Part shown: one piece after another, positions 1 to 7,841 of the stretch
How the letters are laid out: every line of letters starts with the position of its first letter
Position numbering within the stretch: position 1 is the first letter of the stretch
Virus record (IMG/VR): IMGVR_UViG_3300020042_000745
Coordinates: 1 to 24,436 of that record
Direction: 5' to 3' (one strand)
Origin: a virus
Taxonomy: Duplodnaviria > Caudoviricetes
DNA length: 24,436 nucleotides
Made by a program: the position numbers and the translations under genes
Notes under the pieces: model-generated
Seen by the model: only the letters and a program-made list of their open reading frames with translations
Database searches by the model: none
What the model was told of the DNA's origin: nothing

Positions 1-758
1 GTTTTTCTGCCGCACCAGTCAAAAATGAAGGCTCTGCCATCAGCTATGACAATGCACAGGAAGCATGGACAGCTCGTTACAACCACGAAACCATTGCATT
101 GGGCTTCAGTTTGACTGAAGAAGCTATTGAAGATAACTTGTATGACTCTTTGTCTGCACGTTATACAAAAGCTTTGGCCCGCGCTATGGCTTACACCAAG
201 CAAACTAAAGCCGCCGCCATATTAAACAATGGCTTCTCAGGTGGTGTTTATGCTGGTGGTGACGGTGTAGCTTTGTTCTCAACATCGCATCCCTTGATTA
301 CTGGTGGTGTAAACAGTAACACTCCATCTACAGCTGCCGATTTGAACGAGACTTCTTTGGAAGCCGCCGTTATTCAAATCGCTGGTTGGACAGATGAGCG
401 TGGACTGTTGATTGCTTCCAAGCCTAAGAAATTGATCGTTCCTCCTGCATTGCAGTTCGTTGCAACCCGCCTGCTCGAAACCGAGTTGCGTGTTTCTACA
501 GCTGACAACGACATCAATGCATTGAAGAACAACGGTTCAATTCCCGGAGGCTACACTGTCAACAACTACTTGACAGATACCAATGCTTGGTTCTTGTGTA
601 CAGATGTGCCTAACGGCATGAAGCACTTCATTCGCTCACCTTTGTCTAACAGCATGGATGGCGACTTTGACACAGGTAACGTGCGCTATAAATCACGCGA
701 GCGTTATTCTTTTGGCTTCTCAGACCCTCTGGGTATGTTTGGCTCACCCGGCGCTTAA
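1..758 (+). CDS. Major capsid protein, Mu gpT-like (HK97 fold), 5'-truncated by the window edge
   Basis: Frame is open from nt 3 (FSAAPVKNEGSAISYDNAQEAWTARYNHETIALGFSLTEEAIEDNLY...), so the track's TTG start at 99 is not the real start. Motifs LIVPPALQFVA, NNYLTDTNAWFL and DFDTGNVRYKSRERYSFG are typical of gpT-like capsid proteins. Followed by a terminator. Confidence 0.9.
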   Translation, partial: FSAAPVKNEGSAISYDNAQEAWTARYNHETIALGFSLTEEAIEDNLYDSLSARYTKALARAMAYTKQTKAAAILNNGFSGGVYAGGDGVALFSTSHPLITGGVNSNTPSTAADLNETSLEAAVIQIAGWTDERGLLIASKPKKLIVPPALQFVATRLLETELRVSTADNDINALKNNGSIPGGYTVNNYLTDTNAWFLCTDVPNGMKHFIRSPLSNSMDGDFDTGNVRYKSRERYSFGFSDPLGMFGSPGA

Positions 759-771
759 TGCGTTTATAGAG

Positions 772-798
772 AAGGGGGCTTGCGCCCCCTTTTCTTTT
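772..798 (+). terminator. Rho-independent terminator after the capsid gene
   Basis: Perfect stem AAGGGGGC (772-779) / GCCCCCTT (784-791), loop TTGC, followed by TTCTTTT; starts 14 nt after the capsid stop codon. Confidence 0.9.
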
Positions 799-808
799 GT
801 TGTATATT
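780..808 (+). promoter_or_regulatory. Putative sigma70-type promoter overlapping the terminator
   Basis: -35 TTGCGC (780-785), 17-bp spacer, -10 TATATT (803-808). Predicted start near 815, at the 5' edge of the structured RNA. Confidence 0.5.
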
Positions 809-814
809 GCTTTT

Positions 815-891
815 AACCCGGGCTTATCCGGTGCATTAGACAGTCCCGGCTGACGACATACAGACTAATGCACTTAACTTGTATGTAAGGA
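815..891 (+). ncRNA. Structured intergenic RNA, candidate Mu-gpT-DE-type motif / cis-regulatory leader
   Basis: Complementary pairs: GTGCATTAG 831-839 / CTAATGCAC 865-873; CCGGG 818-822 / CCCGG 845-849; ACATACA 856-862 / TGTATGT 880-886, next to the SD AAGGA (887-891). Its position directly 3' of a gpT-like gene matches the described location of the Mu-gpT-DE motif. No covariance search was run. Confidence 0.65.
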
Positions 892-897
892 AAAATC

Positions 898-1326
898 ATG
901 GCACGTACCACGTTCTCCGGCCCAGTCGTATCTTTAAACGGCTTCATTACCGATCACTCCCCCACAGCCGCAAACGCAATTAACGCAACGGCCACAGCAA
1001 CTGCGGCCCAAGTTGCTACTGGCTACATCACTTCTACTTCAGCCGCCGCTACAGTCATCACTTTGCCAACTGGCACTCTGTTGGGAGCCGCTGTAAGCGC
1101 TACTCAAGGTACTGTGTTGGATTTGTTCATTGACAACACCGCTGGCGCAAACACAGTGACTATTGCTGTAGCTACAAACGGTGTTTTGTCTACTGGCGCT
1201 GTTGATGCCGCCGCCGCCGCAGGTACTTTTGGTGACTTGACTGTTGCCTCTGGTGTAACAGGTTTAGCCCGTTTCACTATCATGTTCTCTAGCGCAACAG
1301 CATACGCGTTCACGCGCACTGCTTAA
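898..1326 (+). CDS. Putative capsid decoration / minor head protein (Ala/Thr-rich, 142 aa)
   Basis: SD AAGGA. N-terminus MARTTFSGPV; beta-rich composition; first gene after the capsid gene. Function inferred from position. Confidence 0.6.
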   Translation: MARTTFSGPVVSLNGFITDHSPTAANAINATATATAAQVATGYITSTSAAATVITLPTGTLLGAAVSATQGTVLDLFIDNTAGANTVTIAVATNGVLSTGAVDAAAAAGTFGDLTVASGVTGLARFTIMFSSATAYAFTRTA

Positions 1327-1339
1327 TTAGGAGCATCCT

Positions 1340-1645
1340 ATGTCGATGCAAACTGATGTATTAGCAAGTGTGCCGTTAACTGCTACGGGGCAATTTACCA
1401 ATCAGACACCTACTGCTCTTATTAGAACAAGGGTCAAAGCCGTCTACATGGTTCCGACAGGCACGGCTGGTAGTGTGGTGTTTAAAGATGGTGGGTCAGG
1501 CGGCACAACCGTTATGACGCTTAACACCGTGGCTTCTGCTACGCAACCTACGTATCTTATATTTCCGGGCGAGGGTGTTTTGTTCAGTACTAATGTTCAT
1601 GGAACTGTGACGAACGTAGGTTCAGTCACAATTTTCTATGGCTAA
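1340..1645 (+). CDS. Small beta-rich putative virion protein (101 aa)
   Basis: SD AGGAG. Motifs G(T)AGSVVFKDGG and FPGEGVLF...VTIFYG; lies in the head gene module. Confidence 0.6.
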   Translation: MSMQTDVLASVPLTATGQFTNQTPTALIRTRVKAVYMVPTGTAGSVVFKDGGSGGTTVMTLNTVASATQPTYLIFPGEGVLFSTNVHGTVTNVGSVTIFYG

Positions 1646-1883
1646 GTCCCCCGCATGGCAGAGGAAAGAAGGCAAGTCCGAGAAGGGCGGCTTGAACGCC
1701 AAAGGCCGAGCCTCCGCAAAAGCGCAAGGTATGAATTTGAAACGTCCCCAGCCGGAAGGCGGCTCTCGCAAAGACTCGTTCTGTGCGCGGATGGGCGGGA
1801 TGAAAAAGAAGCTAACCTCTGCCAAAACAGCCAACGATCCGGATTCACGGATCAACAAAGCTCTTAGAGCGTGGAATTGTTAA
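1638..1883 (+). CDS. Small basic protein, DUF6321-like (81 aa)
   Basis: WQRKEGK..KGGLNAKGR and RKDSFCARM...DPDSRINKALRAWNC resemble DUF6321 as I recall it. Overlaps the upstream stop. Confidence 0.6.
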   Translation: MAKSPAWQRKEGKSEKGGLNAKGRASAKAQGMNLKRPQPEGGSRKDSFCARMGGMKKKLTSAKTANDPDSRINKALRAWNC

Positions 1884-1884
1884 C

Positions 1885-2079
1885 ATGACTCAACACGACA
1901 CAGCTAAAGTAGTTGCAGATGGCGCAGCAGTCTTAACAACTGTTGGCGTTATGGTTACATGGCTTCCGCCTTTGGCTTCTCTGTTTACAATTATTTACCT
2001 TGGGCTTCGTATCTGGGAGACAGATACTGTCCGTAATTTAACTAATCGCAAGAAGGCAGATAATGCCGTCAGTGAGTAA
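1885..2079 (+). CDS. Small membrane protein, holin-like (64 aa)
   Basis: Hydrophobic stretch AAVLTTVGVMVTWLPPLASLFTIIYLGLRIW followed by a charged C-terminus. Confidence 0.55.
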   Translation: MTQHDTAKVVADGAAVLTTVGVMVTWLPPLASLFTIIYLGLRIWETDTVRNLTNRKKADNAVSE

Positions 2080-2482
2080 AAAACAACACAATTTCATGGC
2101 AGCGGTGGCTAATAACCCATCTTTTGCTAAGAAAGCAGGCGTCCCACAGTCCGTGGGCAAAGAGTTCAACGATGCCGATAAAGGCAAAACTTTTAAAAGA
2201 GGTGGTGATATGGCTTCAAGTATGGGTAAACCTGTGATGAAAAAAGGTATGAGCATGGCTAAAGACGGCATGAAGAAGCCTACTCCTATGGCTGATACTT
2301 CTATGGGCGGTATGGGCGGTATGGGCATGAAAAAAGGCGGCATGCCTATGAAGATGAAAGACGGCAAAAAAGTGCCTATCTTCATGAATAAAGGCGGCAT
2401 GGCTAAAGGTGGTGGCATTGAGTCTAAGGGTAAAACCAAAGGCAAGATGATCACTATGAAAAGCGGCGGCAGAGCCTGTTAA
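2063..2482 (+). CDS. Lys/Met/Gly-rich low-complexity basic protein (139 aa), putative internal head protein
   Basis: MPSVSKKQHNFMAAVANN N-terminal module; five hydrophobic-x-x-GG motifs; possible in-frame internal start at 2210 behind GAGGTG. Confidence 0.7.
   Translation: MPSVSKKQHNFMAAVANNPSFAKKAGVPQSVGKEFNDADKGKTFKRGGDMASSMGKPVMKKGMSMAKDGMKKPTPMADTSMGGMGGMGMKKGGMPMKMKDGKKVPIFMNKGGMAKGGGIESKGKTKGKMITMKSGGRAC
2302..2326 (+). repeat. 9-bp coding tandem repeat (TATGGGCGG x ~2.8, encoding MGG MGG MG)
   Basis: Read directly from the sequence. Confidence 0.8.
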
Positions 2483-2491
2483 GGAGCTAAT

Positions 2492-2719
2492 ATGGCTGAT
2501 TACAATGCTGGCGCAGGGCGAGGCAAGCAAGGCGGCCCTACAGCTAAAGAACTTGCTGATTACGAGCGTAAACAAGACGCTGGTATTTACACTGTTGAAA
2601 AAGGTAAGCCTCCACAGGATAAAGACGGCGCATCCGTCCCTATGAAGAAACTATCTAAAGGTGGTTCAGCTTCTAGCCGCGCTGATGGCTGCGCCGTTCG
2701 CGGAAAGACAAAGGCTTAA
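2492..2719 (+). CDS. Small basic protein (75 aa) ending LSKGG...RADGCAVRGKTKA
   Basis: SD AAGGAG; shares short motifs with neighbouring small proteins. Confidence 0.7.
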   Translation: MADYNAGAGRGKQGGPTAKELADYERKQDAGIYTVEKGKPPQDKDGASVPMKKLSKGGSASSRADGCAVRGKTKA

Positions 2720-2721
2720 TC

Positions 2722-3009
2722 ATGAGAGCAAGCCGTGGCATGGGTGACATTTCTCCCTCTAAAATGCCAAAGGGCGTTAAGAAAGCCCGGCGGGATGACA
2801 CTGACTTTACCCAGTATAAAGAGGGTGGGAAAGTAAAATCTAAAGTAAACGAAGCGGGTAACTACACCAAGCCTAGTTTACGTAAACGGATTTTTAACAG
2901 CGTCAAAGCTGCGGCAATTGTTGGTACGGGTGCAGGTCAGTGGAGTGCAAGAAAAGCGCAGGTCATGGCTAAACGGTACAAAGCAGCAGGTGGCGGGTAT
3001 CGTGACTAA
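2722..3009 (+). CDS. Small basic protein (95 aa); C-terminal half resembles the N-terminal part of DUF5872-like proteins
   Basis: YTKPSLRKRI...GQWSARKAQVMAKRYKAAGGGY motif, preceded by a separate MRASRGMG...YKEGG module. Confidence 0.65.
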   Translation: MRASRGMGDISPSKMPKGVKKARRDDTDFTQYKEGGKVKSKVNEAGNYTKPSLRKRIFNSVKAAAIVGTGAGQWSARKAQVMAKRYKAAGGGYRD

Positions 3010-3343
3010 GTGGTCTGACAAACGCAAGAAAGCCATAAACTGTGATGCCCCAAAAGGTTTCTCAGAGAAGGCCCACTGCGCTGGAAAGAAGAAAATGGCA
3101 GGTGGTGGCTTAGCTAAACCGCAACAGTCTCTCAAAGATTGGGGCAAACAAGATTGGACAACCAAAAGTGGTAAAAAATCTTCTGACACTGGTGAACGAT
3201 ATCTTCCAAAAGCTGCGATCAAAAGTCTCAGCTCTAGTGAGTACGCTGCGACGACCAAAGCCAAGCGAGCCGGAAAAGCCGCCGGCAAACAATTCGTAGC
3301 TCAACCTAAAACAATTGCAAAGAAAACAGCGGGATTTAGATAA
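3002..3343 (+). CDS. Small basic protein (~113 aa): Cys/His module plus the C-terminal part of a DUF5872-like protein
   Basis: Likely start is GTG 3002 (in frame with track ORF 2918, overlapping the upstream stop). Contains WSDKRKKAINCDAPKGFSEKAHCAG, then QQSLKDWGKQDWTTKSG...RYLPK...GKQFVAQP. Confidence 0.65.
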   Translation: MTKWSDKRKKAINCDAPKGFSEKAHCAGKKKMAGGGLAKPQQSLKDWGKQDWTTKSGKKSSDTGERYLPKAAIKSLSSSEYAATTKAKRAGKAAGKQFVAQPKTIAKKTAGFR

Positions 3344-4281
3344 TGGCTAGCACTTCAGGAACCTCCGCATTTAACCTAGACTTTAACGATATCGTTGAAG
3401 AAGCGTATGAGCGGGCGGGTATTGAGGTTCGTACTGGCTATGAGTTTCGTACCGCACGCCGGTCTTTCAATATGCTTACGATTGAATGGGCTAACCGTGG
3501 CATCAATTTATGGACTATTGAGCAAGGCCAATTCGTAATGAACACTGGGCAGGGCGTCTATGCTTTGCCTAATACTACGATTGATCTGTTAGATCAAGTT
3601 ATCCGTACACAGGCGACTACGATCAACCAGATTGATATCAACATTAGCCGCATTTCTGAATCAACGTGGTCAACGCTGCCAAACAAGCTGGCTCAAGGTC
3701 GTCCTATTCAGATGTGGATTAACCGGCAATCTAATCAAAGTTATTTGTCTACGGCAACTGTAGCAGCAACGGTAGCGGCAACAGACACAACTATTACTCT
3801 TAGTTCTACTACAAGCCTACCTGCAACAGGATTTATCACAATTGATTCAGAAACAATCTTCTACGCTAACGTCAGCGGTAATCAACTACTTAATTGTTAT
3901 CGTGGTCAGTACAATGGCAGCACTAATACAACTGCCGCATCTCACGCAATTAGCGCTACCGTAACGGTTAATAACCTCACGTGTGTGAACGTGTGGCCTA
4001 CGCCCAATGCCCCTGGGGATCAGTATGTGTTTGTCTACTGGCGTATGCGCCGCATGCAAGACGCTGGCAACGGCGTTAACGTGCAGGATATCCCATTCCG
4101 GCTGATTCCATGCGTGGTGGCTGGTCTAGCCTATTATGTTGGTTCTAAGCGCCCTGACGTGTCTATGGAGCGTATTGGGATGCTTAAAGCGGCCTACGAA
4201 GAACAATGGACATTGGCGTCGCAGGAAGACCGCGAGAAGGCTCCTGCTCGTTATGTTCCAAGACAGTCGTTCTACAGGTGA
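3343..4281 (+). CDS. Putative head-tail adaptor / neck ring protein with an inserted beta domain (312 aa)
   Basis: Helical N-terminus (IVEEAYERAG...ARRSFNMLTIEWANRGINLW), central GRPIQMW and VWPTP, helical C-terminus (P.R.IP..VAGLAYY...YEEQW). TAATG coupling. Confidence 0.65.
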   Translation: MASTSGTSAFNLDFNDIVEEAYERAGIEVRTGYEFRTARRSFNMLTIEWANRGINLWTIEQGQFVMNTGQGVYALPNTTIDLLDQVIRTQATTINQIDINISRISESTWSTLPNKLAQGRPIQMWINRQSNQSYLSTATVAATVAATDTTITLSSTTSLPATGFITIDSETIFYANVSGNQLLNCYRGQYNGSTNTTAASHAISATVTVNNLTCVNVWPTPNAPGDQYVFVYWRMRRMQDAGNGVNVQDIPFRLIPCVVAGLAYYVGSKRPDVSMERIGMLKAAYEEQWTLASQEDREKAPARYVPRQSFYR

Positions 4282-4284
4282 TGT

Positions 4285-4707
4285 ATGTCAAGTAGATACG
4301 CTTCAGGCAAAAATAGTATTGCAGAGTGCGATAGGTGTGGTCAGCGGTACATGCTTAAAAACCTGAAGAAAGAAATTATCAAGACACGCTTGTTCAACAT
4401 AAAAGTGTGTCCTGAGTGTTGGGACCCTGATCAACCTCAACTGCAGTTGGGTATGTACCCCGTGGATGATCCACAAGCTGTACGAGAGCCGCGTCCTGAT
4501 GTAAGCTATACACAGTCGGGAACTAGCGGTTTACAGATACTATTAACTAACAGTACAGCCCCTGATGGGTTTGGGTATCCAGAGGGCGGTAGCAGGGTGT
4601 TTCAATGGGGCTGGTATCCGGTTGGCGGGGCTAGTAATTTTGATGTGGCATTGACTCCAAACTACTTGGTGGCAACGACAAATGTTGGTACAGTAACAAT
4701 ATCTTAG
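4285..4707 (+). CDS. Zinc-finger-like protein (140 aa)
   Basis: CDRC...CPECWDPDQPQL paired CxxC motifs and DPQAVREPRPD; SD AGGTG. Confidence 0.7.
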   Translation: MSSRYASGKNSIAECDRCGQRYMLKNLKKEIIKTRLFNIKVCPECWDPDQPQLQLGMYPVDDPQAVREPRPDVSYTQSGTSGLQILLTNSTAPDGFGYPEGGSRVFQWGWYPVGGASNFDVALTPNYLVATTNVGTVTIS

Positions 4708-4716
4708 GAGCTTAAA

Positions 4717-4890
4717 ATGAATGATATGAAACAGGATAAAAAAATGGTGGCTGGTGCTGTACATAAGCACGAGAAAAAGCTGCATCCCGGTAAGCCTATG
4801 ACTAAATTAGCCAAAGGTGGCAAGACCAACGCTAACATGAAGGCTATGGGTCGTGGTCTGGCTAAAGTTGCTAATCAAAAGCGAGGTTAA
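4717..4890 (+). CDS. Small basic protein (57 aa), not in the ORF track
   Basis: Translated by hand: MNDMKQDKKMVAGAVHKHEKKLHPGKPMTKLAKGGKTNANMKAMGRGLAKVANQKRG. SD AGGAG at 4706-4710; fills the gap between neighbouring genes; contains LAKGG. Confidence 0.8.
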   Translation: MNDMKQDKKMVAGAVHKHEKKLHPGKPMTKLAKGGKTNANMKAMGRGLAKVANQKRG

Positions 4891-4892
4891 TT

Positions 4893-5150
4893 ATGGCCAC
4901 GTTCAGCAAAAAAGTAATGGGTAAAGAAGTTGGCGATGCCAAGGTCTATGCGCCTCCACACACTATGACGGGCAAGCCTGTTAAAGCTGCTTCTAATTCC
5001 CGCCCTGACCGAAGCGATGCGTCTACAGTTAATATGTCTGTTGCAGGCATTAACCGCAGGTCAGCACCAGAAGCTAAAACAACTGGTATCGTCACCCGTG
5101 GTAACGGCGCGGCAACCAAAGGCACAATTGCTAGGGGCCCAATGGCATGA
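4893..5150 (+). CDS. Small basic protein (85 aa) ending RGNGAATKGTIARGPMA
   Basis: SD GAGGT; ATGA overlap with the next gene. Confidence 0.7.
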   Translation: MATFSKKVMGKEVGDAKVYAPPHTMTGKPVKAASNSRPDRSDASTVNMSVAGINRRSAPEAKTTGIVTRGNGAATKGTIARGPMA

Positions 5151-6073
5151 CCTACACCGAACTCAGTAACGCTATTCAAGCGTATACAGAGAACACGGAG
5201 ACTAACTTCGTGGCGGAGATTCCTGTCTTTGTGATGCAGGCTGAGCAGCGTATTTATAACTCGCTGCAGTTTCCTTCGATTCGTAAGAACGTGACAAGTA
5301 CTGTTGCAATAAACACAAAATATTTAGACTGCCCTCTGGACTTCTTAGCCGTGTATTCTATGGCGGTTGTTGACAGTAATGGCAACTATGAATACTTGCT
5401 TAACAAAGACGTTAACTTTATTCGTCAATCGTACCCTAACCCTACGACAGATGTTGGGATTCCCAAGTACTACGCACTGTTTGGCCCAACGGTATTAAAT
5501 TCTGTAGTCTATGACGAACTCTCGTTCATATTAGGACCAACAGCCGACGCAAGTTACAGCGTTGAGTTGCACTATTACCACTACCCCGAGTCAATTGTGC
5601 AAAGCCCCGTTGCTACTCTTGGTGCAATTACTGGCGGTAGCGCATATACAACAGGCACTTATTTTAATGTGCCCCTGACTGGCGGTACAGGTAGCGGGGC
5701 GCTAGCAACGGTTACTGTTTCTGGCGGTGCGGTAACAGCCGTAACTCTTACAAATGGTGGCTTACAATATACGGCTGGTGGGTCTTTGTCGGCCTCTGCT
5801 ACAAGCATTGGCAGTACAGGTTCTGGCTTTTCAGTGTTAATTAGTACTGTAACTAACTCTGATGGACGGTCATGGCTGGGTGATAACTTTGACACGGTGT
5901 TGTTGTACGGCTCATTGGTTGAGGCTTATACCTACATGAAGGGTGAAACTGACATGATGGCGCTGTACAACCAGAAGTTCATGGAAGCTCTTGCGTTGGC
6001 CAAGCGTCTTGGTGATGGTATGGAGCGTCAAGATGCTTATCGTTCTGGACAATTTAGACAGGCGGTGACCTGA
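5147..6073 (+). CDS. Second head-tail adaptor / tail tubular-like protein with an inserted Gly/Thr-rich domain (308 aa)
   Basis: MTYTEL...FVMQAEQRIY, GIPKYYA, LGPTAD..Y.VELHY, WLGDNFDTVLLYGSLVEAY adaptor-like architecture; insertion at about 5601-5850. Confidence 0.65.
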   Translation: MTYTELSNAIQAYTENTETNFVAEIPVFVMQAEQRIYNSLQFPSIRKNVTSTVAINTKYLDCPLDFLAVYSMAVVDSNGNYEYLLNKDVNFIRQSYPNPTTDVGIPKYYALFGPTVLNSVVYDELSFILGPTADASYSVELHYYHYPESIVQSPVATLGAITGGSAYTTGTYFNVPLTGGTGSGALATVTVSGGAVTAVTLTNGGLQYTAGGSLSASATSIGSTGSGFSVLISTVTNSDGRSWLGDNFDTVLLYGSLVEAYTYMKGETDMMALYNQKFMEALALAKRLGDGMERQDAYRSGQFRQAVT

Positions 6074-6492
6074 TGACTATTGCCCAAACCCAAACCACAT
6101 CGTTTAAAACAGAGCTTTATCAAGGCATACATGACTTGACAACTGACGTTATCAAGATTGCTTTGTATACGGCTAGCGCAGATTTAAACGAAACAACAAC
6201 GGTGTACAGCGCAGCTAATGAAGTAGCTAATACAGGCACTTACGCTGCTGGTGGGGCGATATTAACGCCTGTAACGGTATCGTCTTCTGGATACACAGCT
6301 TTTGTAGGTTTTCCCAATATCTCATGGACGGGCGTTATTACAGCCCGTGGTGCTTTGATCTATAACTCCAGTCAGGGCAACAAATCTATCGCCGTTTTAG
6401 ATTTTGGTTCTGACAAAATATCTACCGTTACATTTACAATCACAATGCCAGCCAACACCGCTACGGCGGCTCTTATTAGGAGTTCAAATTGA
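6073..6492 (+). CDS. Putative tail/collar structural protein, paralog A (139 aa)
   Basis: TSFKTELYQGIH..D.IKIALY...NEV..TGTYAAGG...ARGALIYNS...FGSD; clearly similar to 6687-7187. Confidence 0.65.
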   Translation: MTIAQTQTTSFKTELYQGIHDLTTDVIKIALYTASADLNETTTVYSAANEVANTGTYAAGGAILTPVTVSSSGYTAFVGFPNISWTGVITARGALIYNSSQGNKSIAVLDFGSDKISTVTFTITMPANTATAALIRSSN

Positions 6493-6677
6493 TTACCACA
6501 ACCAAAGGTGATATGGACGAATCATTGCTTGAAAAGCGTGAAGGTTCATTGGATAATGACAACGAAACAACCACATGGGTGGAGTATTGGTTAGATGGCG
6601 AACTTGTTCACCGTTCGGCGCATGTTCAGTTAAAGCAAACAGTCACACTTTCGGCTGAAGCAGCATCTCTTACATAA
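6489..6677 (+). CDS. Small acidic hypothetical protein (62 aa)
   Basis: TTG start overlapping the upstream TGA, with SD AGGAG in front; WVEYWLDGELVHRSAHV motif. Confidence 0.6.
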   Translation: MITTTKGDMDESLLEKREGSLDNDNETTTWVEYWLDGELVHRSAHVQLKQTVTLSAEAASLT

Positions 6678-6686
6678 GGAAACATC

Positions 6687-7187
6687 ATGGCAAATACTCA
6701 AGCAATGTGCACATCGTTCATAGGGCAACTGCTCAATGGCGGGCATCAATTTGGCTCAATTACGCTTGTTTCGCGCACCAGTTTGACCTCGCCCACTGTT
6801 GATACGTTTAAAGCGGCGCTGTACTTAACTTCTGCTACGGTAAATGCAAGCACTACAGCATACAGCGCTTCTAATGAAGTGTCTGGTACTGGCTATACCG
6901 CTGGCGGCGTAACGATTACAGGCTCCCCTGCATGGAATGCTCCAACTGCTACCAATACCTCTATAACCGCTGGCACTGCATTTACAACGCCTACGGCTTC
7001 AATTACATACACAACCGTGACTTTGGCAACGGCGTTTGACGCAGTGTTGATTTATAACTCTACCCAAAGTAATACGGCTGTCAGCGTACACACTTTTGGC
7101 TCTCAAACAATCACTGCTGGTACGTTTACATTGACTATGCCTGCTAATACTACTGCTGCTGCGTTGTTGCGTATTGCTACAACTTAA
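6687..7187 (+). CDS. Putative tail/collar structural protein, paralog B (166 aa)
   Basis: SD AAGGA; motif-by-motif similarity to 6073-6492. Confidence 0.65.
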   Translation: MANTQAMCTSFIGQLLNGGHQFGSITLVSRTSLTSPTVDTFKAALYLTSATVNASTTAYSASNEVSGTGYTAGGVTITGSPAWNAPTATNTSITAGTAFTTPTASITYTTVTLATAFDAVLIYNSTQSNTAVSVHTFGSQTITAGTFTLTMPANTTAAALLRIATT

Positions 7188-7196
7188 AGATAGTGT

Positions 7197-7832
7197 ATGG
7201 CTAACGCATGGGGTTCCGAAGCGTGGGGCGACGGCAGATGGGGCACCAATGACTTTGATTTGGCGCTCACGGGTGTTAGCGCAACAGGTTTAGTTGGCTT
7301 TGGCTGGGGCCAAGGGGCTTGGGGCGATAATCCGTGGGGCGGCTCTAGTTTAGGATTTACTGAAGAATATGGCGGTGCGGGCGTTAGCGCTGTTGGCGCT
7401 GTAGGTAGCGTTACTGTTGCTGAACGTTTTATTGCTATAACAGGTGTTAGCGCTTCTGGTGAAGTTGGGTCTGTAGTATATGTAGCCACTAAAGCGCTGA
7501 CAGGCGTTGGAGCAGTTGGGGATGTAGGTACAGTTGGAGTTACAAATACTCTTGGTTTAACTGGCAATGAGGCTTTTGGTCAAGCAAGCCAAGTTATTGT
7601 GCCGCTAAACTCCAACCAAGCGTTGGCTTCTGTTGGAACCGTAGTTCATGTAATAACTGTAGGATTGACTGGCATATCCGCTTCAGGCGCTATAGGGACT
7701 ATGGGGGTGATTAGGACACATAGTTTGACAGGTAATTTGGCAAGCGGCAGTGTTGGAAATGTGGTAGCTGTTTACTGGAAATTAATTGATGACAACCAGT
7801 CAACAATTTGGCAAAATATAAACACTTCGTAA
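7197..7832 (+). CDS. Putative tail fibre shaft protein with WGxxxWG and LTGVSAxGxVG repeats (211 aa)
   Basis: Two WG-x3-WG-x3-WG clusters and multiple ~20-aa (L/I)TGxxAxGxVG repeats. Confidence 0.6.
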   Translation: MANAWGSEAWGDGRWGTNDFDLALTGVSATGLVGFGWGQGAWGDNPWGGSSLGFTEEYGGAGVSAVGAVGSVTVAERFIAITGVSASGEVGSVVYVATKALTGVGAVGDVGTVGVTNTLGLTGNEAFGQASQVIVPLNSNQALASVGTVVHVITVGLTGISASGAIGTMGVIRTHSLTGNLASGSVGNVVAVYWKLIDDNQSTIWQNINTS

Positions 7833-7841
7833 GGAACGAAC

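Noticed and set aside
99-101. TTG start proposed for the capsid ORF
   Set aside because: The frame is open to the window's 5' edge with capsid-like sequence, so the gene starts upstream of the window.
845-893. Hammerhead ribozyme: CUGACGA at 850-856 flanked by helices
   Set aside because: The would-be stem II (857-862/880-885) is followed by UAAG rather than GAAA, and no NUH triplet or stem III precedes the stem I partner. It is not a canonical hammerhead; the region is kept as a structured RNA.
2918-3001. N-terminal extension of ORF 2918-3343
   Set aside because: It would overlap the preceding gene by about 90 nt; GTG 3002 overlapping the upstream stop fits the coupling pattern better.
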